NCBI RefSeq assembly: GCF_001194135.2 | Contig: NC_068992.1 | Span: 61,629,567 to 61,693,566 of the forward strand | Length of the DNA: 64,000 nucleotides | From: Octopus bimaculoides | Taxonomy: Eukaryota | Reading direction: 5' to 3' | Part shown: one piece after another, positions 63,415 through 64,000 of the stretch | How positions within the stretch are numbered: position 1 is the stretch's first letter | Layout of the letters: each line of letters opens with the position of its first letter | Notes under the pieces: generated by a model | Told to the model about the DNA's origin: nothing | The model's database searches: none | What the model saw: the letters and a program-made list of their open reading frames with translations, nothing else | Position numbers and translations under genes: made by a program

Positions 63415-64000
63415 GGAGGGGCAAGTGACAAGGCATACTCTCAGAGTACAAGTGGCAAGGTATTGCCAAGGGAGGGTGAGTACAGAGTGAATGGATGCAC
63501 AAAGTGTTGGGGTAGGGAATGCAGTGACTGGCAAAAACCTGGGTGTATAGAAGGGGTGGTTGACTATGGTATGGCAATGATACAGTGAGCAGGGCAGTGA
63601 GGACAGAAGTGGGGAGCAAGAGTTAAACATGAAAGAGGAAATGTGTGGAAAAGAGATGTAGTTTGATTTGTCTGGGTAGGGTGTGTGAAAAGTTTTGTTA
63701 CATGTGCGTTAACCTTCAATAATTCAATTTGCAACAGGGGGATTTTGACCAAGGATACAGTGAACTGTTGAAATTTGTACGATTTAGCCAAACGTTTATC
63801 CGAAAGTCAATACCCTCAACTGATCTGCTGAGGTTTTAAGAGCTACGGACTCTGTCAAGTAATGTTACTCCAGACAGCCTTCGGGGGCGAACCCCATTTT
63901 GCTTGCTGGTATTTACAGTTGTACTCTTTCTGTCCTTACCCAACATTCATCAAAATTATATATTAGGGAGACAAAAATAAGACCCATGGGCCAGATCCAG

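Noticed and set aside
63840-63900. HDV-like ribozyme (GGCGAA after a UUCG hairpin)
   Set aside because: No upstream P2/P1/P3 partners could be found.

Overview
AT-rich, microsatellite-saturated eukaryotic DNA with six N gaps. The repeat repertoire (tRNA-head SINEs with (AAT)n tails, RTE 3' ends with (GAT)n tails, TTAA MITEs) points to an octopus-type mollusc genome; this is an inference. Parts of two host genes can be spliced by eye. (1) On the + strand is the 3' part of an uncharacterised single-pass membrane protein gene: exons 8176-8235, 9333-9396 (transmembrane) and 14715-15060 (tail with YENL, YAMP, YTQP), probably also 31-234. (2) On the - strand is the terminal SOCS-box exon of an SPSB/gustavus-family gene (40358-40488); its SPRY exon is not visible in the window. 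The rest is mostly transposon debris: RTE, RTE-X-like, RLE-type and Tx1/L1 LINE relics, three Tc1/mariner relics, two unrelated Helitron relics, piggyBac-, hAT- and TA-type MITEs, and dozens of SINE copies. Most notable: an ORF1-only (HAL1-like) zinc-knuckle retroelement inside the receptor's last intron, decayed FN3-like exons within the receptor gene, several hammerhead-ribozyme-like motifs of Penelope type, a CpG-retaining island at about 23.4-24.9 kb, and a candidate CpG-rich first exon at about 18.8-19.07 kb. TE boundaries are approximate unless TIRs/TSDs are given. Nearly all ORFs in the supplied track are microsatellite or antisense artefacts.
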